Shown: piece after piece, positions 1 through 8,771 of the stretch
Position numbering within the stretch: position 1 is the first letter of the stretch
Layout of the letters: each line of letters opens with the position of its first letter
Source: Promethearchaeota archaeon
GTDB taxonomy: Archaea; Asgardarchaeota; Hermodarchaeia; Hermodarchaeales; Hermodarchaeaceae
NCBI GenBank assembly: GCA_048939625.1
Contig: JBHLPH010000013.1
Span: forward strand, 1 to 61,414
Direction of reading: 5' to 3'
DNA: 61,414 bases
Notes under the pieces: model-generated
Database searches by the model: none
What the model was told of the DNA's origin: nothing
Seen by the model: the letters and a program-made list of their open reading frames with translations, nothing else
Translations under genes and position numbers: made by a program

Positions 1-102
1 GAGCAAGAGCTCCTTGCCCATGCGACAAAAATCATCAAACGATCCATTGATGTCACCCAATCCCTGATGGATAACGGTTTCATCCCCAAAGCGCCTATCT
101 AA
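1..102 (+). CDS. 3' end of a gene truncated by the window edge (EQELLAHATKIIKRSIDVTQSLMDNGFIPKAPI*)
   Basis: Frame 1 is open from base 1 to TAA at 100-102 and is followed by an AT-rich intergenic stretch. Confidence 0.5.
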   Translation, partial: EQELLAHATKIIKRSIDVTQSLMDNGFIPKAPI

Positions 103-197
103 TGATGGTGTGCTTTTATATTGCTAAGAGTATCTTGTAGAAGGTCCCTCTCTTACGAAAATTACACACGGTTTTAAAATCCTTGGGAGAACGATGT

Positions 198-872
198 ATG
201 CCAATTCTTGTATCTGATTTAGATGGAACGCTTATCGATATCCGCGACCGTTTCCTCCACTCGCAAATCAACGCCTTAGCTAATTTTGGTTATACAATAG
301 CCTTCGAACAGGTTGAACCGTTCGTAGAGATCGTAATGGATTATGAACGATTTCTAAATGAGTTAGATATCACCCTTTCACAGGAACACTACATAGAGTA
401 TCTCCTAAGTATTGAACAGGAATTTTACAAAGGTTGGCAACATTCCTACGTTTTTCCAGGTGTTATTAAAGCGCTAAAATCCATTCGTCCACAAGTCGAT
501 GGTCTCCGCCTTATTACCTCAAGAGCTTGGGTTGAGGAGACCCGAGCTGAAGTCCAGCATTTCGGACTTGACCAAGTCTTTGACCGACCGGTCTTTACTC
601 GTGGGGACCTTGCTCGATACGAGGGGGTTGACGAAGTCCCATTCTATCCCTATGCAGATCACCGGCAAAGATTAATCCAACTAGCAATTGCTGATTTAGT
701 GAATAAAGACGATGTGTGGGTCATTGGTGATTTTCCCAACGAAATGCAGGTTGCGCAAAGTCTTGGGTTCACGACGGTTGGGGTCTTAACAGGATTCATC
801 AATCCTGAAGCCCTTCAACCCTATTGTACTCACATAATCGATTCAGTGGCGCAGATTGGTTCTCTGCTTTAG
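198..872 (+). CDS. HAD-superfamily hydrolase/phosphatase
   Basis: Motif I SDLDGTL, motif II ITSR, motif IV VIGD; ATG at 198 preferred over TTG at 183. Confidence 0.85.
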   Translation: MPILVSDLDGTLIDIRDRFLHSQINALANFGYTIAFEQVEPFVEIVMDYERFLNELDITLSQEHYIEYLLSIEQEFYKGWQHSYVFPGVIKALKSIRPQVDGLRLITSRAWVEETRAEVQHFGLDQVFDRPVFTRGDLARYEGVDEVPFYPYADHRQRLIQLAIADLVNKDDVWVIGDFPNEMQVAQSLGFTTVGVLTGFINPEALQPYCTHIIDSVAQIGSLL

Positions 873-934
873 TATGTGGTTGCAGGAAAATAGTCAAGCT
901 TATAATAACACCAATCTCCTTCTCTTCAACGATT

Positions 935-1612
935 ATGAAGTTGAAAGCCTTCCTCTCAGACCTTGATGGTACTCTAATTGATACTCGCGAACGAGCAATC
1001 CAAGCCCACGCTGACGCTCTGCGTCCCCTTGGGTATTCAGTAACTCCAAATCAAATTCGAAACCTGTACAGGTATGCCTTTGATTCCCACGATTTCCTCA
1101 ACAGGCTAAATGTCCATCTTTCCGATTCTGATTTTATCCAATACCTTACCAATTTCCGAGAACACTTCTTTTCCCACCCCGAGCTTTCACATGTCATTCC
1201 TGGCACCCCTGAGGTCTTAACCCACCTTCAATCAAGAACGAACCACATGCGAGTGGTCACATCACGGCACGATGCTCGACAAACCCGACAAGAAATTAGA
1301 TGGCACGGTCTCCACAAATGGTTCGAATCAATTTACACGCGCGGAGATCTTGCCCAGGCTCTAGGAAAAGAACGGGTCCCTCTTTTTCCCTACCTACCAC
1401 AACGACGCGCCCTCATTCAATTAGCATTGCAAGAAGTGAAAGCAGAAGGTGAGGTCTGGGTTGTTGGGGATTCGGCAGGTGAATTAGAAGCCGCACAGAG
1501 TCTGGGGTGTGTGACAATTGGAGTCCTGACAGGATTCGGGACACCAGACGATTTAGCCCCCTTCGCTAATCACATTCTCAATTCAATTGCAGATATTGTG
1601 CAACTTATCTAG
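935..1612 (+). CDS. HAD-superfamily hydrolase, tandem paralogue of the preceding gene
   Basis: SDLDGTLID, VTSR, VVGDS, and TIGVLTGF shared with the upstream ORF; ATG at 935. Confidence 0.85.
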   Translation: MKLKAFLSDLDGTLIDTRERAIQAHADALRPLGYSVTPNQIRNLYRYAFDSHDFLNRLNVHLSDSDFIQYLTNFREHFFSHPELSHVIPGTPEVLTHLQSRTNHMRVVTSRHDARQTRQEIRWHGLHKWFESIYTRGDLAQALGKERVPLFPYLPQRRALIQLALQEVKAEGEVWVVGDSAGELEAAQSLGCVTIGVLTGFGTPDDLAPFANHILNSIADIVQLI

Positions 1613-1630
1613 TCTGCTGCTATATGGTAA

Positions 1631-3109
1631 ATGAATATGACACGAAAACGGCGCGCTTCCAGTTCATCGGATTGCAATTCGGATACTCCACGTTTTGACA
1701 CACGACAGTATCAAGAATACATCCTTCAACGCATTAAGGCGCATCAAGGTCAAAACATTCTAGTAGAGTTGGACTGTGGACTTGGAAAACGAGTTCTAAC
1801 CTATAAACTTGTAACAGAACAATTCCCTGAAACCCAATTTATTATAACGGTGAACTCGTCTTCTTCGCTTCAAGAAACTGCACAATATCTCGAAGTAGAA
1901 TATGGCGGTGTTGAAGGACTAGGTGTGCTTTCTCCTCGTGTTCAAGGTCCTCGACGTGAACAACTGCTCCGTGAATCCCGCGTCGTATTATGCACCCCAC
2001 GAGTCCTCGCCAATATCCTAAAAAAAGGCAACCTACAACCAACTGACTTTGAAGGACTCTTGATCAATGAAGTTGATACAATTTTGCGACGCATGGGACA
2101 CAACCAGGTTCTCATCCAACCTTGGGGATTTCTATTAGACTTCTTTAAAGAGAACTGGATTCTGGGTCTCAGCGGAACCCTACGTGACGACCATGTGGTC
2201 TTTGATCAAGCCCAACTTCAAATTCGAGATGAACTTCAAACACTTGCAGAGTTTCTCCCCAATGTAGAACTCATCAGTATGAACGAATTGGCAGAGACTG
2301 ATTTAGTTCAATATATTAAACCCACCATTATCGATGTCGTTCCTGTAAAAGATCCAGTCATTCGAGCAATGGCTCTCATACTTGATGATCTTATCCAATC
2401 AACACGAGAAGAAATTTACAAAATTGTTCAAGAGGAATCAAGTGAGGTTCTTGGTGAACTCCCAGACTCCATACGAATGCTGCATCTAGTTCTCCACAGG
2501 CTCCCAATTCCCGAAGAACTCGCCCACCAATATAGTGGACTTCTAATGACTCGCAAATATCTCTACGGAATGACATCCAAAAGTTTTCGTCGATATTTGC
2601 ATCATCCCACTCTCAAACCCCAGATTGATGTAAACCGAATGATGAAGGATTGGCCAAAAATCACTCCCAAATCCATCAAGGTCCAAGAATTAGCCGTTAA
2701 TGCAAACAAAACAGTCATTCTTTCCTCTTATTTGAACGTGGTCACTGAAATTGATGAGCTTCTCAAGAAGAAAGGAATTCAAACCTTTCAGCTCACAGGA
2801 CGCACTCAAGACAAACAAGCTGTTCTTACAGAATTCAAACAGGCTCATCCACCTGCAGCGGTCATTCTCTCCCCGGTAGGCGAACGAGATCTCGACTTGC
2901 CTGATGCTGATTTACTTATCATTTGTGACACGGTCAATACGACTAAGACTATTTATCAGAAAATGAAACGGAGCCGCGGTGGACGAGTGTTTTTCCTTAT
3001 GTATGCTGATACCTCTGAGGTATTGAAACTTAGACGGCTCCTCGACAACATTATGCGGCGGTATCCTTGGTCAACGAAGCTAGGAAATACGAACGGATTG
3101 ATAAAGTAA
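1631..3109 (+). CDS. Hef/FANCM(Mph1)-like superfamily-2 helicase domain protein with degenerate motifs and no nuclease domain
   Basis: RQYQ (Q motif), LDCGLGKR (I), CTPRV (Ib), INEVD (II), LGLSGT (III), VGERDLDLP (V), QKMKRSRG (VI). Confidence 0.7.
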   Translation: MNMTRKRRASSSSDCNSDTPRFDTRQYQEYILQRIKAHQGQNILVELDCGLGKRVLTYKLVTEQFPETQFIITVNSSSSLQETAQYLEVEYGGVEGLGVLSPRVQGPRREQLLRESRVVLCTPRVLANILKKGNLQPTDFEGLLINEVDTILRRMGHNQVLIQPWGFLLDFFKENWILGLSGTLRDDHVVFDQAQLQIRDELQTLAEFLPNVELISMNELAETDLVQYIKPTIIDVVPVKDPVIRAMALILDDLIQSTREEIYKIVQEESSEVLGELPDSIRMLHLVLHRLPIPEELAHQYSGLLMTRKYLYGMTSKSFRRYLHHPTLKPQIDVNRMMKDWPKITPKSIKVQELAVNANKTVILSSYLNVVTEIDELLKKKGIQTFQLTGRTQDKQAVLTEFKQAHPPAAVILSPVGERDLDLPDADLLIICDTVNTTKTIYQKMKRSRGGRVFFLMYADTSEVLKLRRLLDNIMRRYPWSTKLGNTNGLIK

Positions 3110-3132
3110 CCCCGGTTCAACATGAGGTTTGC

Positions 3133-3651
3133 TTATGAGACGTATTTCAGATAACGATACCAAGTAAAGGCACTGATAACAACAATAAGGCCCAACATCA
3201 CTACTGAACCGACAATGTTCACTGGTAGGTTAATCAAGGCTTCATAAATGGGAAACATGGGAGGACTCGTAGAATAATCCCAATACGCGAATAATATCGT
3301 ACGATTAAACCACATTAAGGAAAGCATCATATAAATTCCGAACATTGAAAACACAATCTTTTCGATGTTCTTGTTCGATGATTTTGGATGGGTGCAGGCG
3401 AAGACTACAAGGAGTGCCGTCCAGACTCCAATGAGAATTGTTCCAAAATTCATTGGGACATAGGAGTTCATAATATGGATGCTAAGGTATTGTTGATTTG
3501 ACTGCAAAGCCATTTGACGCGCAAGTTCAAGGACTATGGCTTCCCAGAGAAACATCAAAACCGCGCCTATAGCAACCAAGTAGAATCCAATTCGCCATGA
3601 TGATTTTTGGACAAGAACTTCTTGAGATACAATTGAACCAATCAACCTCAT
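3133..3651 (-). CDS. Four-TM membrane protein of unknown function
   Basis: Four hydrophobic segments; shares WRxGF and THPK motifs with its neighbour. Confidence 0.7.
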   Translation of the reverse strand: MRLIGSIVSQEVLVQKSSWRIGFYLVAIGAVLMFLWEAIVLELARQMALQSNQQYLSIHIMNSYVPMNFGTILIGVWTALLVVFACTHPKSSNKNIEKIVFSMFGIYMMLSLMWFNRTILFAYWDYSTSPPMFPIYEALINLPVNIVGSVVMLGLIVVISAFTWYRYLKYVS

Positions 3652-3681
3652 TCACCAAGCTTTCCTTGTGAATTCCAGCAT

Positions 3682-4179
3682 TTATTCTGTCTTTTCAGGC
3701 TTAAGCCACTTCACCCATATTAAAACGCTCAGAGCTGCAATGAAGAATCCAACGATTCCATAAATCATTAAGGCTGCCGCTAAACTGATGAAAACCGTTG
3801 GACTCGGTGGATATGGCCAAGTAACATCGTTGATTAAAAGAACTAGTTGTGCCCAACACATAGCGATAAATAACATAACCGTAAGACCTTGTGATAACCA
3901 TTGCCAATACTGAGTGCCATATTTAGGGTGTGTGCTGCCAAAAATTACAATCATGCTAAACCACGGACCAATAAGCATGGTAATTATCACAGTAAATATT
4001 ACTCCAAAGAATTGTACATTGACGCTAAACCACCAATTAGATAAAAGAAAAGCTTGAAGTGTCAATTCAAACAAAATGATTTGGCTTACAAACAGGCACA
4101 GGATGGCAAGTGTGAGAATTAGGAATCCAAACCGCCAAGCCTTTTTTAAACCAGAGTAGACCTCTGCAGTTTTTTCCAT
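3682..4179 (-). CDS. Four-TM membrane protein, paralogue of 3133-3651
   Basis: WRFGF and FGSTHPK motifs; same hydropathy pattern. Confidence 0.7.
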   Translation of the reverse strand: MEKTAEVYSGLKKAWRFGFLILTLAILCLFVSQIILFELTLQAFLLSNWWFSVNVQFFGVIFTVIITMLIGPWFSMIVIFGSTHPKYGTQYWQWLSQGLTVMLFIAMCWAQLVLLINDVTWPYPPSPTVFISLAAALMIYGIVGFFIAALSVLIWVKWLKPEKTE

Positions 4180-4295
4180 TCATCTTCCTCTCCAAAGAGT
4201 ATTGATCTAGTCATCCTAAAGGCATGATTCCAATTAACTCTTTGTATTACAAGGATTTAACAATTCAAAACAATGTGTGAAACTGTGAAACAATT

Positions 4296-4928
4296 ATGGA
4301 TAGCGGAGAAATTCACCCTAACAATGACCAACGATCAACGCTTCCAGTATATCCTGTATACATCTTTGAAAGAACCTGCAAAGAAATCTTCAGCTTCTGC
4401 CTGAAGGAAGCATCAGGGCCCTCACGAAGTGAAGCACTTGGAGTCATTCTTGGATTTCGACGTACTTGGAACGGAAAAAAATACATTCGCGTTACTGATT
4501 GGGCGACAGGTCATGTCGAAGCCAGTCTCGCACATGCTCGCTTCACACCTGAAGGTATTCTCGAATATCGCCTTGCACTCCATGATCGCTATGGAAATAA
4601 TCCTCATGCCCCTCGAGTCGTTGGGCTCTGGCATTCTCACCCTTTTGGAGGTGACCCCCATTTCTCCTCAACAGACCTAAACACCTTCTTCAACACTCCT
4701 TTCTGTGCAGAAGGAAACATCTTCTTCTTAATTGATCCAATTAGCCAAATCTTCAAAGTGTATATGCTTCGCTCCCGCCCTGAAGAACCTGGGCTTCAAC
4801 TTGACCAAGTCGAATGGTGTACTTATCGACCCTCTGTTCCCCTTGGTGAGGACCTTTCACGTGAAGACACTGATATGACGAATGAGGAGGAACCTTCCCA
4901 TGACAAAGAAGAAACCAACTCCGGTTGA
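4296..4928 (+). CDS. JAB1/MPN+ (JAMM) metallo-isopeptidase
   Basis: EALGVILG and WHSHPFGGDPHFSSTD give the full E...HxH...S..D JAMM motif. Confidence 0.9.
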   Translation: MDSGEIHPNNDQRSTLPVYPVYIFERTCKEIFSFCLKEASGPSRSEALGVILGFRRTWNGKKYIRVTDWATGHVEASLAHARFTPEGILEYRLALHDRYGNNPHAPRVVGLWHSHPFGGDPHFSSTDLNTFFNTPFCAEGNIFFLIDPISQIFKVYMLRSRPEEPGLQLDQVEWCTYRPSVPLGEDLSREDTDMTNEEEPSHDKEETNSG

Positions 4929-5766
4929 TCTCCAATTCTTCGAAAAAGACCAACATGATCGCACGCGTCGGTGGCTAGGTAAAACCAACCTGGAGAAAAT
5001 CCAGCAATCGAGCGTTCTCATGGTGGGGGCTGGTGCAGTAGGGAATGAAGTATGTAAGAATCTTGGACTTCTTGGAGTGGGGAAAATCATTGTAGTTGAC
5101 CCTGACAAGGTTGCTGCTTCAAATCTGAATCGTTGTGTCTTTTTTAGACCAAGTGACCACGATGTCACGTTTAAGGTCGATGCGATTGCTGAACGATTAC
5201 CCAATCTTGCAACAGACACAATTGTCGAACCACATCCTGTTCCTATTCAAGATGCTCCAGAATCCGTATGGAACGTGGATTTAGTGCTTGTTGGAGTCGA
5301 CAATCATTATACTCGGTATTTATTGAATGCAAAGAATCTTAGTTTAGCCCCACCTCTTCCTGTTATCAATGGGGCGATGGGAAAGGACTTCGTCTCTGTT
5401 GAGGTCTTAGCTCCACCTAACACAGCATGTTTAGTCTGTTCCTGGAGTAAAACTTTCGTTGACCATGTAGTAGCCAATGAAGTTCGAACTCGCTGCGATC
5501 CCTTCTTCGTAAGGACTATTCCTCAGTTTCCGATGATTAGTTTTATCACATCGATTGTTGGAGCGGTGATGTCATGGGAAGCTACCAAGGTACTCGTAGG
5601 ATTAGAGAACTGGAAGCAAACTGGAGAATGGCAAGATGAGTTCGAACCTGCTGTTGGCCGGTTTATTCAATATAATTTGCACCACCATAAGGTTCTGACG
5701 GGACCCATCTTGCCAAATCCGAGATGTGCTGAAATTTTCTGTAGAGACAAGCGGAAGCACGCCTAA
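4900..5766 (+). CDS. Ubiquitin-like activating enzyme E1 (ThiF/UBA fold)
   Basis: VGAGAVGNEVCKNL, DPDKVAASNLNR, VGVDN, Zn sites CLVC and C-terminal CAEIFC, candidate catalytic Cys in RTRCDP; overlaps the JAMM gene. Confidence 0.9.
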   Translation: MTKKKPTPVDLQFFEKDQHDRTRRWLGKTNLEKIQQSSVLMVGAGAVGNEVCKNLGLLGVGKIIVVDPDKVAASNLNRCVFFRPSDHDVTFKVDAIAERLPNLATDTIVEPHPVPIQDAPESVWNVDLVLVGVDNHYTRYLLNAKNLSLAPPLPVINGAMGKDFVSVEVLAPPNTACLVCSWSKTFVDHVVANEVRTRCDPFFVRTIPQFPMISFITSIVGAVMSWEATKVLVGLENWKQTGEWQDEFEPAVGRFIQYNLHHHKVLTGPILPNPRCAEIFCRDKRKHA

Positions 5767-5770
5767 CAGA

Positions 5771-7375
5771 CTAGATTAAGCCTATGGTTTTCTGCCAATA
5801 CGTGGAGGTTGGTTTATGATCCGCCCAGAGTCGAATATTCAACGTGACCTTAGGTGCTGCGGTGGGCATTTGGATGTTTAACTGTAGGTTTATCGGGGAT
5901 TGTAAACGGGGTGCAAACGGCTCTATAGCTACGACCTGATCCATTAAGCCATCAGAAATAGTGGCGGTCATTACCATCTGGTCTAACGGATGTTGCCGGC
6001 TTGTTATGGGAATCAATGCCACTTTTAAGGGAATTTTGTTACCTCGAGGTATAGCGTCAGGAATTTGAACTTGGATTTCAGCTGGCGCTGCCTGAAGCTT
6101 GGGGTGCACTGACTCAGGTACACTAACTACGCGTTTCACTTTCCATCCTGTTTGTATTTGTGGTTGAGACCGTCCACCTTTTTTTCCATCAATGCTAGAT
6201 GTTTGATAATGCCAACTTACTTTGAATTCTTGACGAATTCGTGGGTCCATCCAATTTCCAATGATTAGAGGTATATGACGGTTTGTAACTCCTAGTAGCC
6301 CCATGGCTCCATGCCATGTCGGATCAACTGGAATCCATTGCCCACGAATCCAAACCTGACTCCACGCATGGCGTTCCCAGGCTTTGCCATCGAAGGCGTA
6401 TCCTGCTTCGAGACGTGCGGGAATTTTATTTGCTCGACATAGTGCTGTGAACAATGCTGCATATTCTGTGCAGTCGCCCACGCGTTTCTCAATAGCGTAT
6501 GCTGCTCCTCTTTCATGTTCTTGGCGAACATACCGCATTTTATTTGTAACCTTTTTCATGGCTGCTTGGATGTATTGGATAGGTGTGACGTTTTCTTCAG
6601 CGATATCTCGGGCTAAATCTTTGATGAGGTGATGGTGCGATTCGATGAAGTTTTCAGGTTGAGTAAATTTCATTATATTTGCTGGAATCGAGGTTGAAGG
6701 GTTGGTTGTTGGTAGAACGTAACGAATTGCCCGATTTCGAACCAGGACTGTGTATCCACAGGTGAAGGTTTCTCCTGCGGATAACTTTTTACACAGAAAG
6801 CGGAACCAGCGATTGCCGATCAAATCATTTTGTTGGACTCCAGTTCGTGGCGAGAGCTTTACGTTTAGTATATCTTGGCGTGGAGGTAATGAAGGGGGCG
6901 AGGCGATATTGACTTGCATATTGTTAATTGGACTCTGCATCGTATTCGTGACCGTTGCAGAATAATTGACGCGATGAACGACGATGGGGGGATGTCCACC
7001 TTCTAATAAAAAACATCCCAATACAAAGTGGTCCTCTGGAGGTCCTTGATGCGGGTATTTATCCACAGCTAGCTTAATGCGCGTTTCTTGAAATGCTACA
7101 AGAATCGTGTAAAACCCTGAAAGGAGCATTTTGTCCAAAGGCAATGCAAATTTACCTATATTTGCTGGTCCAAATCGGAAAGGAATCTTACTGATTGTGC
7201 GACCAAAGGGATCGATGATGTATAAAGCTCCACTATCAATTTTGATATTAGAACCAGCTTTACTTTTCCGTGTGAGTTGGATGGAAATCTTTTGACCTGC
7301 TTTTACGCAGGGAATTCCGTCTCGACGTGTTTGTGCGCTGATTTTCAGAGCGACTGGGAGATTACTCGTCATCAT
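5771..7375 (-). CDS. Transglutaminase-like (Cys-His-Asp) protein with beta-rich flanking domains
   Basis: GDCTEYAALFTALCRA, HAWSQVW and WIPVDPTW; ATG at 7375/7372 overlaps the upstream stop. Confidence 0.85.
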   Translation of the reverse strand: MMTSNLPVALKISAQTRRDGIPCVKAGQKISIQLTRKSKAGSNIKIDSGALYIIDPFGRTISKIPFRFGPANIGKFALPLDKMLLSGFYTILVAFQETRIKLAVDKYPHQGPPEDHFVLGCFLLEGGHPPIVVHRVNYSATVTNTMQSPINNMQVNIASPPSLPPRQDILNVKLSPRTGVQQNDLIGNRWFRFLCKKLSAGETFTCGYTVLVRNRAIRYVLPTTNPSTSIPANIMKFTQPENFIESHHHLIKDLARDIAEENVTPIQYIQAAMKKVTNKMRYVRQEHERGAAYAIEKRVGDCTEYAALFTALCRANKIPARLEAGYAFDGKAWERHAWSQVWIRGQWIPVDPTWHGAMGLLGVTNRHIPLIIGNWMDPRIRQEFKVSWHYQTSSIDGKKGGRSQPQIQTGWKVKRVVSVPESVHPKLQAAPAEIQVQIPDAIPRGNKIPLKVALIPITSRQHPLDQMVMTATISDGLMDQVVAIEPFAPRLQSPINLQLNIQMPTAAPKVTLNIRLWADHKPTSTYWQKTIGLI

Positions 7376-7757
7376 TTGGGCCTGCTGAATCTGTATGAGG
7401 ACTGGATTCCGGTCCTTCTTCATCTGGCAGAATAACTACCTTTCCACTTGGTTGTGTTACACGTCTACGTGGAACGTCAGCAAGAATGGTCACACTGGAG
7501 CTTCTTTCTAGTTCTGTAACCTCTGAAGAGTCACGTGGTCCCAGAAATCGTGTAAAATGTGGGGAATGAGGTTCACTGCCTTGAATAATCGCGCCAGGGC
7601 AAGTGTTCTGACCGGTTTCAAGAAAAAGGGTTCGGCAGTTTGGACAAATATAACTGCCACAGGTTGTGCATATCCACCACTGGCTCCTTGCTTCAACAAG
7701 CGAAGTTTGAGTATCACAAACCATGCATTTGAAATGAGACGCTCCGTGGACACTCAA
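7362..7757 (-). CDS. RING-like Zn-finger protein with a disordered acidic tail (candidate E3)
   Basis: CMVC...CTTC-x4-CPNC-x11-CP...H; start overlaps the upstream stop. Confidence 0.7.
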   Translation of the reverse strand: MSVHGASHFKCMVCDTQTSLVEARSQWWICTTCGSYICPNCRTLFLETGQNTCPGAIIQGSEPHSPHFTRFLGPRDSSEVTELERSSSVTILADVPRRRVTQPSGKVVILPDEEGPESSPHTDSAGPNDDE

Positions 7758-7966
7758 TCTTCCTGTTCCTCCTGGTTAGCAGGTTTTTGAATTCGATGTA
7801 CCTTAATAGAAAAATGTGGAGAATAATTCGGTGGGCGTTCTTCCTCAAAGGGAATTTCCCTCTCTTGTAAGATTATAATGCGATTCTTCTTCGGCTGGTC
7901 TATTGCGGATTGGTCTTCATTATCAGATTCCTGCTTTTCTTCCTTCTCAGGGGGAGTATCCGACAT
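7754..7966 (-). CDS. Small acidic, probably disordered protein in the Ubl operon
   Basis: Fills the gap between the E2 stop (7969) and the Zn-finger start with 2-bp spacing and a 4-bp overlap; shares SPHF and V/I-x-I-L motifs with its neighbours. Confidence 0.65.
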   Translation of the reverse strand: MSDTPPEKEEKQESDNEDQSAIDQPKKNRIIILQEREIPFEEERPPNYSPHFSIKVHRIQKPANQEEQED

Positions 7967-7968
7967 AA

Positions 7969-8742
7969 CTAGTTCTCCTTCGAATCCTCTGCCTCATCAA
8001 GAATCCGAACACTTGAGACCTTCTCTGATGCATCCAGAACCTTGGGTGATCTTACAGTGGGTTTCTGTTGTTTTTGCTGAGGACCAAGAATCTGGACGCG
8101 TCCTCGTCGAGGAGTTGCTGGTGATCCCAATTGATGTCGGGTCTCCCAGAGGCGATCAAGAGTTTCTACAATATTGTTCGTGTTCTGCTCATACCATGCC
8201 ATTGCTGTGCTGTTAAGCCCATGGTCGGATTGAAACTGAGATGGCGGTTCCACACGATCCGGTTTCAGTAAAACAAAGAAGGGGAGATCTTCTAAAATCC
8301 GGTCGAGTTCACCACGAACCGAATAACACGCATGACCAGTCCCACTGGCTGCTAATCGGGGATGAAAAAGCGGTGTCTCAGCGGCAGGGCGAATGGTTCC
8401 GATATTTTGAGGATATTCACGGGGTAAATCAAAAACAAACCGATGTTCATATCTGATGGCAGTTTCATCTGTCAAAGAACGGGGTTGCCGAATTATCCCT
8501 GGGAGGTTCCGTATAACGAACCGAATTCGCTTGTATGCCCCGTCTCGATACCTAGCGATGATTGCCACAGAAAAATCACGATTGCTCCACATGGTGTTCT
8601 CACGTATGGGAGGGTCTGGATTCCAACCCCTACGACCATACAAATTATTCATTGTATCAAAGAATGTTTGGATTTGGGTTTCCACACGGGCGTTGAAGAG
8701 TTCTGTTGAGAAGACTGGTCGGGTCATGGTTGGATCCCTCAT
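7969..8742 (-). CDS. Ubiquitin-conjugating enzyme E2 (UBC fold)
   Basis: FVFDLPREYP, TPLFHPRL, GHAC (catalytic Cys) and LNSTAMAWY follow the UBC pattern; alternative start at 8727. Confidence 0.8.
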   Translation of the reverse strand: MRDPTMTRPVFSTELFNARVETQIQTFFDTMNNLYGRRGWNPDPPIRENTMWSNRDFSVAIIARYRDGAYKRIRFVIRNLPGIIRQPRSLTDETAIRYEHRFVFDLPREYPQNIGTIRPAAETPLFHPRLAASGTGHACYSVRGELDRILEDLPFFVLLKPDRVEPPSQFQSDHGLNSTAMAWYEQNTNNIVETLDRLWETRHQLGSPATPRRGRVQILGPQQKQQKPTVRSPKVLDASEKVSSVRILDEAEDSKEN

Positions 8743-8771
8743 TCACCCATTCATGGGTCAGATCTGAAATA

